Shown: positions 1 through 9,544 of the stretch, piece after piece
How the letters are laid out: each line of letters starts with the position of its first letter
Position numbering within the stretch: the first letter of the stretch is position 1
Assembly: GCA_963675525.2 (NCBI GenBank)
Contig: CAXXSL010000019.1
Coordinates: forward strand, 32,001-96,000
Direction of reading: 5' to 3'
Source: Anaerohalosphaeraceae bacterium
Lineage (GTDB): Bacteria; Planctomycetota; Phycisphaerae; Sedimentisphaerales; Anaerohalosphaeraceae
Length of the DNA stretch: 64,000 nt
Notes under the pieces: generated by a model
What the model saw: the letters and a program-made list of their open reading frames with translations, nothing else
Told to the model about the DNA's origin: nothing
Databases searched by the model: none
Made by a program: the position numbers and the translations under genes

Positions 1-1
1 A

Positions 2-1291
2 TTGCTGTGTATTTACAGGATTGGCTTTCATATTCCGGTTCCGGGGTTTGATTCCGAAAAGATCCAACAAGCTTCCGGGCAGCGGGACAATGAGTCTCCG
101 CTTGGGCGTGCGGCTGATTATCTGCAGATGTTTACGGGGGGGACATTGAGCCAGTCCAGTCTTTTTGGACTGGGGATTATGCCGTATATTTCAGCATCTA
201 TTATTCTGATGCTGCTGGGTGAAGTTTTGCCGGCGCTGCGGAAACTCCGCCAGGAGGGGCAGACCGGACATAAGAAAATACAGGAGTATACGCGCTATTT
301 GACGGTGCCGTTATGCCTGATCCAGGCGATGATGTACATGAAGATGTTTGTCGGCGGAGAATATGTGTTTGCCGGGATGAAAACACAGGCCCTGATCATG
401 GGTATTGCGGGGATGACCGCCGGTACGCTCTTTTTAATGTGGTTGGGTGAACAGATCGATGAATATGGGATGGGCAACGGTATCAGCCTGATCATTATGG
501 CCGGTATCCTGTCTCGGATGCCTTGGGCGATAAAGCAGGTTATTGATAATTTTGAGTTCAAAGTCGGCGGCGACCCCGGTACTTACGGTCCCGGAACACT
601 GATCGTTTTGATTGCGGCGTTTGTGAGTGTTGTGGCCGGAGCGATCCTGATTACCCAGGGCCAACGGCGTATTCCAATTCAGCAGGCCAAGCAAATGCGT
701 GGTCATCGTATGTATGGCGGTGCTCGTCACTATCTTCCGTTGCGGGTTAACCACGGCGGCGTGATGCCGATCATCTTTGCGTCAAGCTTAATGATGTTTC
801 CCCCGATCATTTTAGAGCAGTTGAAGCGAATTCCATCGCTGGCCGAGTCTGATATTTATATACAGATAACCGAAGCCTTTAGTACAAGGGCATTTACTTA
901 TAATGTGGTTTTTGTTGTTATGATTTTCCTGTTTGCTTATTTCTGGACGACGGTTCAGTTTCAGCCGAAAGACATGGCGAAAAATCTGCGTGATCGCGGC
1001 AGCTTTATTCCGGGGCTTCGGCCGGGACACCGCACAGCGGAATATCTTGAAACCGTGATGATTCGAATCACCTTTTTTGGTGCGGCCTTTTTGGCGTTTA
1101 TTGCTGTGGTGCCCAGTCTGGTTGCACAATTGATGAATGTTCCTTTCTCTGTTGCGTCCTTCCTCGGCGGTACAGGATTATTGATTGTTGTCAGCGTCTC
1201 ACTGGATCTGGTTCAGCGGATCGAGGCGAATTTAATTATGCGTAACTACGAAGGATTCGGCGATTCACGAATTAAAGGGGCGTTCCGATGA
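2..1291 (+). CDS. secY: Preprotein translocase subunit SecY (5'-truncated by window edge)
   Basis: LGIMPYISASII, WLGEQIDEYGMGNGISLII, GGVMPIIFA, FIPGLRPG and GGTGLLIVV motifs; synteny with adk-map-infA. Confidence 0.99.
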   Translation: MLCIYRIGFHIPVPGFDSEKIQQASGQRDNESPLGRAADYLQMFTGGTLSQSSLFGLGIMPYISASIILMLLGEVLPALRKLRQEGQTGHKKIQEYTRYLTVPLCLIQAMMYMKMFVGGEYVFAGMKTQALIMGIAGMTAGTLFLMWLGEQIDEYGMGNGISLIIMAGILSRMPWAIKQVIDNFEFKVGGDPGTYGPGTLIVLIAAFVSVVAGAILITQGQRRIPIQQAKQMRGHRMYGGARHYLPLRVNHGGVMPIIFASSLMMFPPIILEQLKRIPSLAESDIYIQITEAFSTRAFTYNVVFVVMIFLFAYFWTTVQFQPKDMAKNLRDRGSFIPGLRPGHRTAEYLETVMIRITFFGAAFLAFIAVVPSLVAQLMNVPFSVASFLGGTGLLIVVSVSLDLVQRIEANLIMRNYEGFGDSRIKGAFR

Positions 1292-1941
1292 AATTGATAC
1301 TTCTTGGACCTCCCGGTGCAGGCAAAGGCACGCAATGCAAACGTATTATTGAAAAATATGGGATGATTCACTTGTCCAGTGGTGATATTCTGCGTGCTGA
1401 ACGAAAAGCCAATAGTGAACTTGGGCAAAAGGCCCAAAGTTATATGGATAGCGGCGGATTGGTGCCGGACGACCTGATCATTGATATGATGATCGGTGCT
1501 GTTAAAAAAGCCCCTGTGTCCGGCTATGTTCTGGATGGTTTTCCACGGACAGTTGCTCAGGGCGATGGACTTGATGAGGCACTTGAAAAAGCCGGTGAAA
1601 AGATCGATGCGATCGTGAACTTACGTGTTCCAAATGAAGCCATTATCTCTCGTATGACCGGCCGAAGAAGCTGCCCGGAGTGCGGGGCGGTTTATCATAT
1701 TGAAAACCTTAAGCCTAAGGTTGCCGGTCAGTGTGACAAGGGTTGCGGCCTATTGGTTCAGCGACCGGATGATACGCCGGAAGTGGTATCCAATCGGTTG
1801 AAAATTTATGATGAACAGACAGCGGCAGTTGTTGGTTATTATCAGAGCAAAGGGAATGTGATTCTCGATATTGATGCCAACCAGGGAATCGATCAAGTGA
1901 CTGCTGATGTTTTTGAAAAATTAGACGCCCTGAAGGGTTAG
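1288..1941 (+). CDS. adk: Adenylate kinase
   Basis: GPPGAGKGTQ P-loop, LDGFPRT, Zn-lid CPECG...CDKGC. Confidence 0.99.
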   Translation: MKLILLGPPGAGKGTQCKRIIEKYGMIHLSSGDILRAERKANSELGQKAQSYMDSGGLVPDDLIIDMMIGAVKKAPVSGYVLDGFPRTVAQGDGLDEALEKAGEKIDAIVNLRVPNEAIISRMTGRRSCPECGAVYHIENLKPKVAGQCDKGCGLLVQRPDDTPEVVSNRLKIYDEQTAAVVGYYQSKGNVILDIDANQGIDQVTADVFEKLDALKG

Positions 1942-1952
1942 GTGAGCAGAAA

Positions 1953-2747
1953 ATGCCGATAACGCTTCGGAGCAGTCGGGAAATAGAAATGCTTCGTAAC
2001 GCCGGAGCGGTTGTTGCGAAGGTTCTTTCAAAATTAGAAGAATATGCCAAGCCGGGGGTTAGTACTGCCGAGTTGGATGGGATCGCGCTGGAGATAACAC
2101 ACCAGATGGGTGCGATTGCCTTGTTCAAGGGTGTTCCTTGTCCCTGTATGGATCACCCGTTTCCGGGAGCGATCTGTGCTTCTGTCAATGAGCAGTTGGT
2201 TCATGGGATTCCGTCCAAAAAAGTGATCTTAAAAGAAGGGGACATCCTCAGTATTGACTTTGGCGTAAAGCTCAATGGTTATTGTGGCGACTCTGCAACG
2301 ACGTTTGGTATTGGAAAAATATCGCCGGATCGGCAAAAACTTCTCGATGTGACAAAAGGGCTTTTGGAAATTGCTATTGAGAATATGGCTCCGGGTGTCA
2401 AGTGGAGTACCATTGCCGGCATGATGGAAGAAATGGCTATTCGGGCCAATTTCTCGATTGTCAAAGATTATGTCGGACACGGGATCGGTACGGAGATGCA
2501 CGAAGATCCGAAAGTGCCCAATTTTGTCAGTCGTGAGCTGCTTCGCAATGACATCGTTCTCAAGGAGGGTATGATACTCGCGGTAGAACCGATGGTCAAT
2601 ATGGGCAAGGCGGCCGTGAAAACGCTTTCTGACGGTTGGACCGTTGTAACGAGAGATAAGAAATGCTCGGCACATTTCGAGCATACGATCGCTGTGGTTG
2701 ACGGCGGCTGCGACGTGTTAACGGCTTGCGATCAAAGCGAAGACTAA
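1953..2747 (+). CDS. map: Type I methionine aminopeptidase
   Basis: HGIP, GHGIG..MHEDP, EPMVN, SAHFEHT metal-ligand motifs. Confidence 0.98.
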   Translation: MPITLRSSREIEMLRNAGAVVAKVLSKLEEYAKPGVSTAELDGIALEITHQMGAIALFKGVPCPCMDHPFPGAICASVNEQLVHGIPSKKVILKEGDILSIDFGVKLNGYCGDSATTFGIGKISPDRQKLLDVTKGLLEIAIENMAPGVKWSTIAGMMEEMAIRANFSIVKDYVGHGIGTEMHEDPKVPNFVSRELLRNDIVLKEGMILAVEPMVNMGKAAVKTLSDGWTVVTRDKKCSAHFEHTIAVVDGGCDVLTACDQSED

Positions 2748-2764
2748 AGAGAGTAGAAAAAAGT

Positions 2765-2980
2765 ATGGCCAAAAAAGACGCAATCAGACTTGAAGCAAAA
2801 GTCGTGGAAGCGCTGCCCAATGCGATGTTCCGTGTGGAACTCGAGAATGGGCATCAGATACTGGCGCATGTGTCAGGAAAAATGAGGATGCACTTTATTC
2901 GCATCCTGCCCGGTGATACGGTTACGGTCGAGATGAGCCCGTATGACCTGACCCGGGGACGTATTGTATTGAGAAACTAA
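2765..2980 (+). CDS. infA: Translation initiation factor IF-1
   Basis: [22 protein letters not shown]...[15 protein letters not shown]; start moved to ATG 2765. Confidence 0.99.
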   Translation: MAKKDAIRLEAKVVEALPNAMFRVELENGHQILAHVSGKMRMHFIRILPGDTVTVEMSPYDLTRGRIVLRN

Positions 2981-3006
2981 AACCTTTGAAAGCAGAAGGT
3001 GTCAGC

Positions 3007-3123
3007 ATGAAAGTAAGAAGCTCAGTAAAACGAATTTGTGAGAAATGTAAAATCATCCGCCGTAAGGGCGTGTTGCGCGTGATTTGTTCAGCCAATCAGC
3101 GTCACAAGCAGCGTCAGGGTTAA
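3007..3123 (+). CDS. rpmJ: 50S ribosomal protein L36 (not in the ORF track, 38 aa)
   Basis: Manual translation [38 protein letters not shown], Zn-ribbon type. Confidence 0.99.
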   Translation: MKVRSSVKRICEKCKIIRRKGVLRVICSANQRHKQRQG

Positions 3124-3161
3124 GGATGAATAATGGTTAATTTTAAGGTATAGGAGTTATT

Positions 3162-3545
3162 ATGCCGCGTATTGTTGGTGTTGATGTTCCAAATAATAAG
3201 CCGACCTGGATTGCGTTAACTTATATTCATGGAATCGGACGTCATACGGCTCAGTTGATCCTGCACGAAGCGGCGATTGACGGTACGCTTCGCGCCGGGA
3301 AACTGACGGAAGAGGAAGTGACCAAGATCGCCCAGATCATTACACGCGACTATCCGGTTGAAGGTCAGTTGCGCCGTCAGGTATCGCAGAATATCGTCCG
3401 CCTGAAAGACATCGCCTGTTACCGCGGAATGCGGCATCGCCGGGGACTTCCGGTTCGGGGTCAGCAGACGCAGAGTAATGCGCGAACCCGAAAAGGTAAG
3501 AAGAAAACGGTTGCCGGCAAAAAGGGTGTAAAAGAATTACGTTAA
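3162..3545 (+). CDS. rpsM: 30S ribosomal protein S13
   Basis: [35 protein letters not shown]. Confidence 0.99.
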   Translation: MPRIVGVDVPNNKPTWIALTYIHGIGRHTAQLILHEAAIDGTLRAGKLTEEEVTKIAQIITRDYPVEGQLRRQVSQNIVRLKDIACYRGMRHRRGLPVRGQQTQSNARTRKGKKKTVAGKKGVKELR

Positions 3546-3595
3546 TCGATCTTTGAACGATGACGAATATTGAAATTCTTAGGAACGAATAGAAA

Positions 3596-3976
3596 ATGGC
3601 AAAAAGTATCAAACGGAAAATCAGGAAAAATCTTGTACGCGGAATCGTCCATATTAAGGCGACGTTCAACAACACGCTGGTAACCATTTCGGATCCGGAT
3701 GGCGGAGTTGTTTGTCAGGATTCCGGTGGAAGTGTAGGATTTAAAGGGTCACGTAAAAGTACTCCGTTTGCGGCTCAGCGAGCGGCGGAAAAATGTGCTC
3801 GTACGGCGATGCGGTACGGACTTCGTGAAGTTGAAATTCGTGTAAAAGGTCCGGGGTCGGGCCGTGAATCTGCCATCTCTGCGATCCAGCAGGCCGGATT
3901 GAGAATTTCGTCGATTGAGGACGTGACTCCGATTCCACATAACGGTTGCCGTCCGCGGAAACGCAGAAGAGTTTAA
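3596..3976 (+). CDS. rpsK: 30S ribosomal protein S11
   Basis: [32 protein letters not shown]. Confidence 0.99.
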   Translation: MAKSIKRKIRKNLVRGIVHIKATFNNTLVTISDPDGGVVCQDSGGSVGFKGSRKSTPFAAQRAAEKCARTAMRYGLREVEIRVKGPGSGRESAISAIQQAGLRISSIEDVTPIPHNGCRPRKRRRV

Positions 3977-4033
3977 CCAAAACCATATACAAACAAATTA
4001 AACGATTTGATAAGATAAAGGAATAGTTGAACG

Positions 4034-4666
4034 ATGTCACGATACTTAGGTCCATCATGCAGACTATGCCGCCGGGAAGGCATGAAGCTTATGCTCAAAG
4101 GGGGCCGATGTGAGACAGCCAAATGCTCGCTCGAGAAGCGGGAACGCAGTATGGCTCCCGGTATGCACGGCTGGCGTCGCGGACGCCGAAGTGACTACGG
4201 CGTACGCTTGCGTGAAAAACAGAAAGTGAAACGATATTATGGTCTGATGGAAAAACAATTCATGAGTTATTTCCGAAAGGCCGAACGCCGACCCGGTAAC
4301 ACCGGGGAAATCCTGCTTGAGCTTCTCGAAAGACGTTTGGGCAATGTGGTTTACAAACTGAATTTTGCACCGTCCCGTAAGTCGGCGCGTCAGCTTATTA
4401 CGCATGGACACATTTACCTGAACGGCCGTCGTGTCGATGTTCCCGATATTACCATCAAGGTCGGAGATACGATAACGTTAAAGAATTCCGACAAAAGCCG
4501 AAAAATCGTCAAAGCGCAGCTTGAAAGCAATCCGAATTTTGCGGTTCAGGGATGGCTTCAGTTGGATACTGCAAAACCCATGGCGACGGTTGTTGGAATT
4601 CCGACCCGCGATGATATCCAACTGGCGGTTGAAGAACAGTTGGTTGTGGAATTTTGTTCGAAATAG
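4034..4666 (+). CDS. rpsD: 30S ribosomal protein S4
   Basis: MSRYLGPSCRLCRREG, LREKQK, LLERRL, ARQLITHGH. Confidence 0.99.
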   Translation: MSRYLGPSCRLCRREGMKLMLKGGRCETAKCSLEKRERSMAPGMHGWRRGRRSDYGVRLREKQKVKRYYGLMEKQFMSYFRKAERRPGNTGEILLELLERRLGNVVYKLNFAPSRKSARQLITHGHIYLNGRRVDVPDITIKVGDTITLKNSDKSRKIVKAQLESNPNFAVQGWLQLDTAKPMATVVGIPTRDDIQLAVEEQLVVEFCSK

Positions 4667-4769
4667 TAATTGAGATCATTAACGCTGGTGAATTACAGAG
4701 AGCGGCCGGTCCTTATGGCCTTAAGGGTATGCCGCTGAGAACATTCACCTCTTTTTAGGAGGCCGTTTT

Positions 4770-5771
4770 ATGAGAGTGACGTGGCGAGGTTTAGAGTTAC
4801 CCACGCGAGTGGAAAAAGACGAACAGGCATCAACCAGTCAATACGGCCGCTTTTATATTGAGCCGTTTGAACGCGGGTTCGGAACGACAATTGGCAACAG
4901 TCTGCGTCGAATCCTGCTTTCCTCTCTGGAGGGAAGTGCGGTTGAATCAATAAAGATTTCCGGTGCCGATCATGAATTTATGTCTGTTCGCGGTGTGGTG
5001 GAAGATGTGACGGATATTGTTATTAATATCAAAAATTTGATTGTCCGGATGCAGGACGATGAACCAAAGACGATCAGGGTGAAGGCCAATAAGGCCGGTC
5101 CGGTGACAGCCGGGATGATCGAGTCTGATGCGTCGATCCAGGTTATCAATAAAGACCTGGTTTTGGCGACACTGACGGAAAATGTTGACTTTGAAATTGA
5201 AATGACGGTTGGGAACGGACGCGGTTATTCTCCGGCTTCTGAGCGAATCGCTGACGAAGACCGTTACGAACAGGAAGTTGGCCGTATTGAGGTCGATGCG
5301 ATTTATTCGCCGGTCGTTCGTGTTCGCTATAAAACCGAAGACACGCGTGTGGGTCAGCGAACAAACTATGACAAGCTCGTTCTTGAGATATGGACTGATG
5401 GAACCGTGTTGCCGGAAATGGCTCTGGTTGAAGCCGGGAAAATTCTTCGCAAGTACGTTAATCCGTTTGTTCAGTATGCACAACTTGGAAAAGATACGGT
5501 TGAAGAAGAAGTACAGGCAGAAGAGACAGCCGAGGAAAGCGTCAACGAAGAGCTGGCGGCTAAGTTGGTTATGCCCATCGAGTCGCTGGAATTGACGGTT
5601 CGCTCAAGCAATTGCCTGGAATCCAATAATATCCAAACGGTGGGTGAATTGGTCATGATGACGGAGGCGGATCTGTTGAAGATTCGAAGTTTTGGAAAGA
5701 CCAGTTTGCGGGAAATTCGCAGGAAACTGGCGGATCTTAATTTGTCATTGGGAATGACTGATATTGGTTAA
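4770..5771 (+). CDS. rpoA: DNA-directed RNA polymerase subunit alpha
   Basis: EPFERGFGTTIGNSLRRILLSS, LELTVRSSNCL, FGKTSL. Confidence 0.99.
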   Translation: MRVTWRGLELPTRVEKDEQASTSQYGRFYIEPFERGFGTTIGNSLRRILLSSLEGSAVESIKISGADHEFMSVRGVVEDVTDIVINIKNLIVRMQDDEPKTIRVKANKAGPVTAGMIESDASIQVINKDLVLATLTENVDFEIEMTVGNGRGYSPASERIADEDRYEQEVGRIEVDAIYSPVVRVRYKTEDTRVGQRTNYDKLVLEIWTDGTVLPEMALVEAGKILRKYVNPFVQYAQLGKDTVEEEVQAEETAEESVNEELAAKLVMPIESLELTVRSSNCLESNNIQTVGELVMMTEADLLKIRSFGKTSLREIRRKLADLNLSLGMTDIG

Positions 5772-5813
5772 GTAATAAAACGATTGCCAAAGAAAGAAAA
5801 AGGGTAGAATAAT

Positions 5814-6254
5814 ATGCGTCATCGAGTAGCTGGACGTCATTTAAGCAGAACAAGCGAGCATCGGCTTGCGTTACGCCGCAACCTGGTTTCATCCTTGTTT
5901 GAACATGAGACGATTTCAACAACACAGGAAAAAGCCAAAGAAGTCCGCGGCTTTGCTGAGAAACTGATTACGCTTTCCAAAAAGGGAACGCTCGCTGCTC
6001 GCCGGCGTGCGATTGCCATGCTGAATAACCGCGCGATTTATGCCGAAGAAGACGGCAAGATGGTTAAAAAGGGAACTGTTGTCGGTAAGCTTTTCAGCGA
6101 GATCGGCCCCCGTTACCTGGATCGTCCGGGTGGGTACACGCGTATTATCAAGCTCCCCAAACGGCGGCTTGGTGATGGAGGAAAGCTTGTGCTGCTGCAG
6201 TTGGTAGGTGCCGGCCAGGAGAAAAAACAGAAGGCTGACGAAAAGAAAAAGTAG
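5814..6254 (+). CDS. rplQ: 50S ribosomal protein L17
   Basis: MRHRVAGRHLSRTSEHR, RPGGYTRIIK. Confidence 0.99.
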   Translation: MRHRVAGRHLSRTSEHRLALRRNLVSSLFEHETISTTQEKAKEVRGFAEKLITLSKKGTLAARRRAIAMLNNRAIYAEEDGKMVKKGTVVGKLFSEIGPRYLDRPGGYTRIIKLPKRRLGDGGKLVLLQLVGAGQEKKQKADEKKK

Positions 6255-6283
6255 CGTTTTGTTGAAGTCGGAGGAACTTGTCG

Positions 6284-6703
6284 ATGGATCAGGATTGCAT
6301 TTTCTGTAAAATTGCTTCCGGCCAAATTCCTTCGCTGAAGATATTTGAAAATGAGCATATCTTAGCATTTATTGATATCGGCCCCGTTAGTAACGGTCAT
6401 ACGCTGGTGATACCGAAACAGCATTACAGGACACTGGATCAGATGACACCTGAAATGATGGCCGAAATAGCCAAAGTCCTGCCGATGTTGGCCGCATCCA
6501 TCCAGAAGGCGATGAAGTCGGAAGGCTACAATGTACTATGCAACAATGGGTCGGTTGCCGGTCAGGTTGTTGGGCATATGCATTTACATATTATTCCAAG
6601 AAATGCCAACGACGGTATATTTAATCAATGGCCGTCTTTCCAGTATCCGGACGGAAAAGCAGAGCAGATTGCAGAGAAAATACGGGAAAATCTAAGTCTT
6701 TAA
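6284..6703 (+). CDS. HIT (histidine triad) family hydrolase
   Basis: DCIFCKI, GHTLVIPK, HMHLHIIPR; GGAGGA RBS before ATG 6284. Confidence 0.95.
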   Translation: MDQDCIFCKIASGQIPSLKIFENEHILAFIDIGPVSNGHTLVIPKQHYRTLDQMTPEMMAEIAKVLPMLAASIQKAMKSEGYNVLCNNGSVAGQVVGHMHLHIIPRNANDGIFNQWPSFQYPDGKAEQIAEKIRENLSL

Positions 6704-6716
6704 TAATCAAAGACTT
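6694..6716 (+). terminator. Hairpin at end of HIT gene
   Basis: AAGTCTTT-7nt-AAAGACTT inverted repeat, no clear U-tract. Confidence 0.4.
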
Positions 6717-6743
6717 GATAACCATTTCCAAGTGTGCTATAAT
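6715..6743 (+). promoter_or_regulatory. Sigma70 promoter of tRNA
   Basis: TTGATA-17 nt-TATAAT with extended TG, ending 14 nt before the tRNA. Confidence 0.85.
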
Positions 6744-6757
6744 TACATTATATTCGT

Positions 6758-6831
<74 letters not shown>

Positions 6832-6834
6832 TTC

Positions 6835-6867
6835 ATAAACCGTTTTAAAACAACGGTTTATATTTTT
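6835..6867 (+). terminator. Intrinsic terminator after tRNA
   Basis: ATAAACCGTT...AACGGTTTAT stem followed by T-run. Confidence 0.7.
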
Positions 6868-6970
6868 GACCACGCAAGGCCTTCAGCTTCGTGTCTCGAA
6901 ATGTAATTTTTTAGGAGAAATCAAATGATCAGCGACACGTCATCCGTTTCCCACCTCATCTGAAATTCTA

Positions 6971-7030
6971 TGAATATGACAAGTTATTTCTATATTATGA
7001 GAAGTACTTGTCTTTATTTTATGATATAAT
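6971..7030 (+). promoter_or_regulatory. Conserved 60-bp promoter cassette, copy A
   Basis: TGAATATGAC...ATGATATAAT; same spacing as copies at 20888, 21081, 22286. Confidence 0.7.
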
Positions 7031-7151
7031 ATGTCGTTCGGAAGTAATTATGTGGGGGGGACAGCATAAGCTGACGATCTCCTACATCGGGAGAGGGTAA
7101 CCATAAAACAAGCCCTTTTAGCAGGAAGACAGTTTGTTTAGGTGGGAATCA

Positions 7152-7422
7152 GTGAAAATCAAATGTTCATCAGTCGTTTTTCTATGTATCGTAGTAACAA
7201 CATCTGCTTTCCCAGAGCATCTGAAAGTGGATCTTAGTGTCTCCGGCCAGCCGGGCGGATGGGCTTCACGAACTGGGCGACCGTCAACTTTACGACAAAT
7301 ACACATACCACGACTTTTAGAAGTATAACGGCGATAATCGATATGACTTAGGCGACTTAAAGCAAATAGCAATAGACTGCCTCGATTGCAACCGCGAGCC
7401 TTCGTCACAGTGCGGATTATAG
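7152..7422 (+). pseudogene. Collapsed remnant of a secreted dockerin-tailed protein
   Basis: GTG-start signal-peptide-like VKIKCSSVVFLCIVVTTSAF.EHLKVDL; in another frame, after an in-frame TAG, YNGDNRYDLGDLKQIAIDCLDCNREPSSQCGL*, matching the C-terminus of the 9545 ORF. Confidence 0.7.
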
Positions 7423-7485
7423 GACCCGCTGAATATTGAAAATGAATCGTTTAAAATGAAAGAAGATTTAACAAAGAAGGCAATT

Positions 7486-9477
7486 ATGCCAAACAAATAC
7501 TACTTAATCATAGGTATATGTTTATTTATTATACTTCAATGCGGTTTTTCTTTGGCACTTGCTGGTCCGATCGGCTGGGCATCAGTGAATGGTGGAACCA
7601 CGGGCGGAGAGGGTGGCGAAACCATCACCGTGACGACGAAGGATGAACTCTACAACGCCCTAAATTTGAGCGGCCCGAAGATCATCAATGTTAGCGGCAT
7701 GATTTCGTTCCCTGATGAAACTATTTCCGGCACGCAGGGCGACAAGACCATTCAGGGTGTAGGTTCAGGTTCGGGTTGGTACGGTTGTGTTAAGATCAAC
7801 GGCCCGAATAATGTCATCCTCAGGAACTTAACGCTTAAGACAGAGAACAGAGACCCGCTCCTCATTCAACAGGGAGCGACGAACTTCTGGGTCGATCACT
7901 GCTCATTTGTGCATGGTGTCGATGAGCTCATAAGTGTAAAGGACGGCGCCGACTATATTACTATATCCTGGTGCAAGTTCTCATTTGAATCTGAAGGTGA
8001 CCATAATCTGGCCGCTCTTATAGGATCCACCGACAATCATCCGGTTGACGAAGGCCACCTGAATATCACCTGGCATCACAACTGGTTTGCCGACCGGGTT
8101 CACGGCCGCATGCCGCGTGTGCGTTACGGCAAGAATCACGTCTTCAACAACTACTATGCTGTCCCGAATCATGACGGGTATTGTGTTACCGCCAATTGGG
8201 GATCGCAATTGCTGGTTGAGAACAATTACTTCTACCAGGTAGAGTCTCCTTATAACACCACAGACGACGGCAGACTCAGGGCTGTCGGCAATATACTCGA
8301 CGATTGCTTCGGCTCGATGAGCCCCGGCAACGATGTCGTCTTTACCCCTCCTTACGCCTATACACTGGAAAATCCCGTTGTAGCACGCGATAGGATCATC
8401 TCCTGTGCAGGCGCTGGTCACCTTGATTGCATCGAAGATGATACGCCTCCGACACCCGATCCGATGACGTGGGCTATTGAGCCGAATGCCGTAGATGGTT
8501 CCTCGATCTCGATGACGGCAGCGATAGCTTCGGATTTATTCGGCGCTGAGCACTACTTCGCCTGCACAACGGGTAGCGGGCACGATTCCGGCTGGCAAAC
8601 CAGTCCGACGTATGTTGATACCGGCCTGCAACCCAGAACCACTTACGGCTACCGGGTGATGGCACGGGATTTCAGCACCAACGCAAATGAAACCGGTTGG
8701 TCGGATACGGCTTCTGCAACAACAACCGCCTGGTCGTGCACGGCCCCAATCGATGAGGATCTCAGCGGCGACTGCCAGGTCAATCTGGTTGATTTCTCAA
8801 TGCTGGCGGCCCAGTGGACGGGTACTCCGGTCGTTGAGGAACCTAATGAACTTATTGTCAACGGCGATTTCACCACCGACCTGTCAGGTTGGACGCTTCT
8901 TTCCAATTCCCCCGCAACGATCACCTGGGACAGTGGTACTGCGTTGCTGGCTCGTAACGACGCAACGCTTTCCTCCGACGGAAACTTACTCTTTCAGATC
9001 ATTCCTGTGGTCAGCGGCCAGCAATACAAGATAGAGATCCAGTGGAAGGGTGACCTTTTGAATGGTGGAACCGGCCAAAACCGGGCCGAAGTTATTGTTG
9101 GCTTTGGCTCCAGCCCTACCGTTTTTAATGGCGCCATCATTTACAAGAAAGCCACGGATGGCGGTCCCAATGAAGAGCCGATGCCATGGGACTGGGAGAG
9201 CGTACTTCTTTCGCCCAGCACCTCCTTGTCGCCTGTTGACGGGATCTTTACCGCTACCAACAGCTATATGACGATCTGTTTCCATCTTGGCGGCAATGCC
9301 GGCGTTGGCCCAGGCTATTACTATGTGGACAACATCAGCGTGGTCGAAACCGACGTCATACCGTGCCCGTCGATAGACCTGAACGATGATTGTGCGCTCG
9401 ATTTGCTTGACATTGAGGTATTCGCAGCAGACTGGCTGACCTGCAACCGCGACCCGAGCAATGAATGCTGGCAATAG
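7486..9477 (+). CDS. Secreted PL1 pectate lyase + FN3-like module + split dockerin-like domain enclosing a CBM-like domain
   Basis: [43 protein letters not shown] module; DLSGDCQVNLVDF...W and DLNDDCALDLLD...WL repeats; start MPNK after AAGAAGG (ORF track start 7456). Confidence 0.9.
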   Translation: MPNKYYLIIGICLFIILQCGFSLALAGPIGWASVNGGTTGGEGGETITVTTKDELYNALNLSGPKIINVSGMISFPDETISGTQGDKTIQGVGSGSGWYGCVKINGPNNVILRNLTLKTENRDPLLIQQGATNFWVDHCSFVHGVDELISVKDGADYITISWCKFSFESEGDHNLAALIGSTDNHPVDEGHLNITWHHNWFADRVHGRMPRVRYGKNHVFNNYYAVPNHDGYCVTANWGSQLLVENNYFYQVESPYNTTDDGRLRAVGNILDDCFGSMSPGNDVVFTPPYAYTLENPVVARDRIISCAGAGHLDCIEDDTPPTPDPMTWAIEPNAVDGSSISMTAAIASDLFGAEHYFACTTGSGHDSGWQTSPTYVDTGLQPRTTYGYRVMARDFSTNANETGWSDTASATTTAWSCTAPIDEDLSGDCQVNLVDFSMLAAQWTGTPVVEEPNELIVNGDFTTDLSGWTLLSNSPATITWDSGTALLARNDATLSSDGNLLFQIIPVVSGQQYKIEIQWKGDLLNGGTGQNRAEVIVGFGSSPTVFNGAIIYKKATDGGPNEEPMPWDWESVLLSPSTSLSPVDGIFTATNSYMTICFHLGGNAGVGPGYYYVDNISVVETDVIPCPSIDLNDDCALDLLDIEVFAADWLTCNRDPSNECWQ

Positions 9478-9544
9478 AGGCTCGGTTGATTTGTCGGGAA
9501 TACGTATTTTTTGATTGAATAACATTTAAAAAAAGAAGAATACC

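Noticed and set aside
7030..7110. Riboswitch-like leader (GCTGACGATCTCCTAC resembles the fluoride riboswitch 3' end; CGTTC/GGAAGTAA resembles glnA)
   Set aside because: Required 5' elements and pairings are missing and the gene context does not fit; only small hairpins present.
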